Assembly (NCBI GenBank): GCA_046599085.1
Contig: JBKJHI010000066.1
Location: 1 to 60,378, forward strand
Origin: Candidatus Limnocylindrales bacterium
GTDB taxonomy: Bacteria > Chloroflexota > Limnocylindria > Limnocylindrales > CSP1-4
Direction of reading: 5' to 3'
Length of the DNA: 60,378 nt
This document shows positions 58,461 through 60,378 of this stretch, one piece after another. Within the stretch, counting starts at the first letter, position 1. Each line of letters opens with the position of its first letter. A model generated the notes under the pieces. It saw only the letters and a list, made by a program, of their open reading frames with translations. It had not been told where the DNA came from and did no database searches. Made by a program: the position numbers and the translations under genes.

Positions 58461-58493
58461 GCGAACGCCGGCGTCTGGGGCGCCGGCGTTCGC
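58461..58493. terminator. 13-bp GC hairpin after the XRE gene
   Basis: GCGAACGCCGGCG-TCTGGGG-CGCCGGCGTTCGC. Confidence 0.6.
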
Positions 58494-58560
58494 GATTCCC
58501 TCACGGGCATCCGAACGCACGTCAGCCGGGTGCTCGACGTGCGGAACCGCGACGTGCGGA

Positions 58561-58640
58561 GCCCGTCAGCCGCGGCGCCCGTCAGCCGCGGCGCCAGTCA
58601 GCTGCGGCGCGCGGGCCGTCCAGCCGCGGCGCCCGTCAGG
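58561..58640. repeat. 16-bp tandem repeat GCCCGTCAGCCGCGGC (~4.5 degenerate copies)
   Basis: Exact copies at 58561 and 58577, variants at 58593 and 58615, partial copy at 58631. Confidence 0.8.
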
Positions 58641-60378
58641 ACGGGCCGTACACCGACACCCAGCGCCCTGGCGCCGTCTCGAATCGATCCAGCAGCCGAT
58701 CGATAGCGACGCCGGTCCGGGCCATCGCCTCGGCCTCACCGCCGCACGGGGCTTCGATCGCTGCCTCGAACAGTGAATCGCACAGCAGGACGACTGCTCC
58801 CGATGGCGGCGTGGCGGTGCCGGCGCCATCCGATCCCGGCGGCGTGCTTCCCGGCGACAGCCCCCGCGGTGTCATCGCCGCCACGGCACGGCCGAGTCGA
58901 ACGAGCGGATAGGCCATCGACTCCGGCGACTTGAAGTCCGGCAGCGACTGGATCGCCACGACCGATTCGCGCTCGACACCGGCGGCGGACAGGACCGCGT
59001 CAACGCGCGCCGCCGCCCGTTCGGCGACCGGGAAGCCGCCATCCGGGTGGACCGCGGGCGGAAGGTGGCTCAGGTTCCAGCCAAGGAGGGCCGTGAGCGC
59101 CACGACCGCCAGGATGCGTCCGGGCACGGAACGGGCGAGCGCCGCCGCCCCGAGCCCGACGAGGCTGAACACCATCGGATCGGCAAAGGCGTGGTAGTGA
59201 TCATTCGGCAGGCCCGGCTGGACGACGGCGAGGCTCGGCGCCGCGACGGCGAGGAACAGCGTCGACCAGACGAGGCCCAGACCAAGCCAGCGCACCGCGG
59301 TCTGTCGCGGTCCACCGGCGCGCCACAGCACCGCGACGATGGCCACGACCGCGGACGTCGCTGCGAATGCGGCCGTGACTCCGGCCGTGATGAGCCCGGT
59401 CAGCGGCCACGACACCACCCGCAACCCGGTGATGGCGATCCGCCCCGGGAGGGCGACATCGGGCGCATCGCGCGGACCTGACAGGTAGGCGAGGGCCGCC
59501 CGAACCTCGGAGAAGCCCGACGTCAGCTCGTTCGCGACGAGCGGCACGACACTCGCCGCGAAGACCGCGACGATGCCAAGGCCGACGCGCCGATCGATGC
59601 GACGGTCCGCGCCGCGGCGGCGGACATCGGCGACGAGCAGGGCGGCGACGACGGGGAGCAGCGCGACCCCCAGGACGTGGCACTGCACCGTGATCGCGGT
59701 GCCGACGGCGGCCAGCAACCACCACCTCGGCCGTTCAGATGACCACGCTCGCCAGGCTCCGGCCAGCGCGACCGAGCTCGACAGGGCGATGAGGTTCGGG
59801 TTCCAGATGAACGTCGATTCGTCCACGGCGGCGGCGGATACCGCCATGACCAGTCCCGCGACGAGACCAGCGACGGGCCCCCCGATGGACCGCGCCAGCC
59901 ACCACGTGACACCGACCGCGGCGACACCACTCAACGCGATGAGGCCGACCACGGCCAGCGGGGAGTCCCCGCCGGTCAACTCCGCCGCCGGCGCGAGCAG
60001 GAGGTAGTACCACGCACCATGGTGGACGTCGCCGATCGAGGTCGGTGGCCCGAGAAGGGGGATCACCCCGTCGCGGATGAACGAGCGCAGCACGAGCATG
60101 TCGTGGCCCTGGTCACTGTCCCAGGTCCCCCGTGTGGCGAGGTCAGGGAGTCGCAGGAGGGCCGCCAGCAGCAACAGGCTCAGCAGCGCGAGCGCATCGT
60201 GCCCGGGGAGCCCTCGGTCCGGCGACCCCCGCCCTCGCCCGGCGAGCCAGCCCCGCCCGGCAAATGAACCCCGCCCGGTGAGCCCTCGGTCCGGCGACCC
60301 CCGCCCTCGCCCGGCGAGCCAGCCCCGCCCCGCGAGCCAACCCCGCCCGGTGAGCCCTCGGTCCGGCGACCCCCGTCC
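58636..60378 (-). CDS. Glycosyltransferase family 39 (ArnT/PMT-like GT-C) membrane protein; frame open to window end
   Basis: LLRL...WDSDQGHD, PLLGPPTSIG..HHGAWYY, STFIWNPN, VQCH, many TM helices. Confidence 0.82.
   Translation of the reverse strand, partial: GRGSPDRGLTGRGWLAGRGWLAGRGRGSPDRGLTGRGSFAGRGWLAGRGRGSPDRGLPGHDALALLSLLLLAALLRLPDLATRGTWDSDQGHDMLVLRSFIRDGVIPLLGPPTSIGDVHHGAWYYLLLAPAAELTGGDSPLAVVGLIALSGVAAVGVTWWLARSIGGPVAGLVAGLVMAVSAAAVDESTFIWNPNLIALSSSVALAGAWRAWSSERPRWWLLAAVGTAITVQCHVLGVALLPVVAALLVADVRRRGADRRIDRRVGLGIVAVFAASVVPLVANELTSGFSEVRAALAYLSGPRDAPDVALPGRIAITGLRVVSWPLTGLITAGVTAAFAATSAVVAIVAVLWRAGGPRQTAVRWLGLGLVWSTLFLAVAAPSLAVVQPGLPNDHYHAFADPMVFSLVGLGAAALARSVPGRILAVVALTALLGWNLSHLPPAVHPDGGFPVAERAAARVDAVLSAAGVERESVVAIQSLPDFKSPESMAYPLVRLGRAVAAMTPRGLSPGSTPPGSDGAGTATPPSGAVVLLCDSLFEAAIEAPCGGEAEAMARTGVAIDRLLDRFETAPGRWVSVYGPS
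60203..60378 (-). repeat. 72-bp tandem repeat (about 2.4 copies visible) with 18-bp sub-repeats
   Basis: GAGCCCTCGGTCCGGCGACCCCCG starts at 60208, 60280 and 60352. Reads in frame as GRGSPDRGLTGRGWLAGRGWLAGR. Confidence 0.85.

Noticed and set aside
60203-60378. Possible CRISPR array
   Set aside because: Repeats are contiguous with near-identical intervening sequence, there are no unique spacers, and no cas genes are present.

Overview
High-GC bacterial chromosomal segment made mostly of core genes. It is probably Chloroflexota, inferred from an AtpA insertion and overall gene style, and not proven. Genes diverge from a parS-containing spacer at ~25.3 kb. The left arm (mostly - strand) carries parA-parB-gyrB-thioesterase-AlkD-like-gyrA-prs-secA-ydcF, a Cys-rich ORF, prfB (+1 frameshift), a GNAT, ftsEX, ctpA, smpB and tmRNA. 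An MFS gene under a c-di-AMP riboswitch and a small accessory block (LamG, APH-like kinase, MarR, ClC-CBS-TrkA_C) lie at the far left. The right arm (mostly + strand) carries mreD-mrdA-rodA, CBS/ion transporters, rplU-rpmA-rpmE, prfA, a debranching-type glycosidase, prmC, HAD, tsaC, glyA, a WecA-like transferase, the full atp operon, murA, mreB, PHP, a flippase-like gene, an XRE regulator and a GT39-like gene. I saw no CRISPR array, integrase, transposase or phage genes. The most unusual signals are small. (1) A self-contained ~130-nt transcription unit upstream of smpB has a 12-nt anti-16S match, alternative pairings and a micro-ORF. (2) The c-di-AMP riboswitch looks like a translational ON switch. 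(3) An 8-Cys protein with two CxxxCxxC motifs abuts prfB. (4) Several 'relay' mini-ORFs bridge one gene's stop to the next gene's start. All calls come from reading motifs by eye; no searches or folding programs were run.
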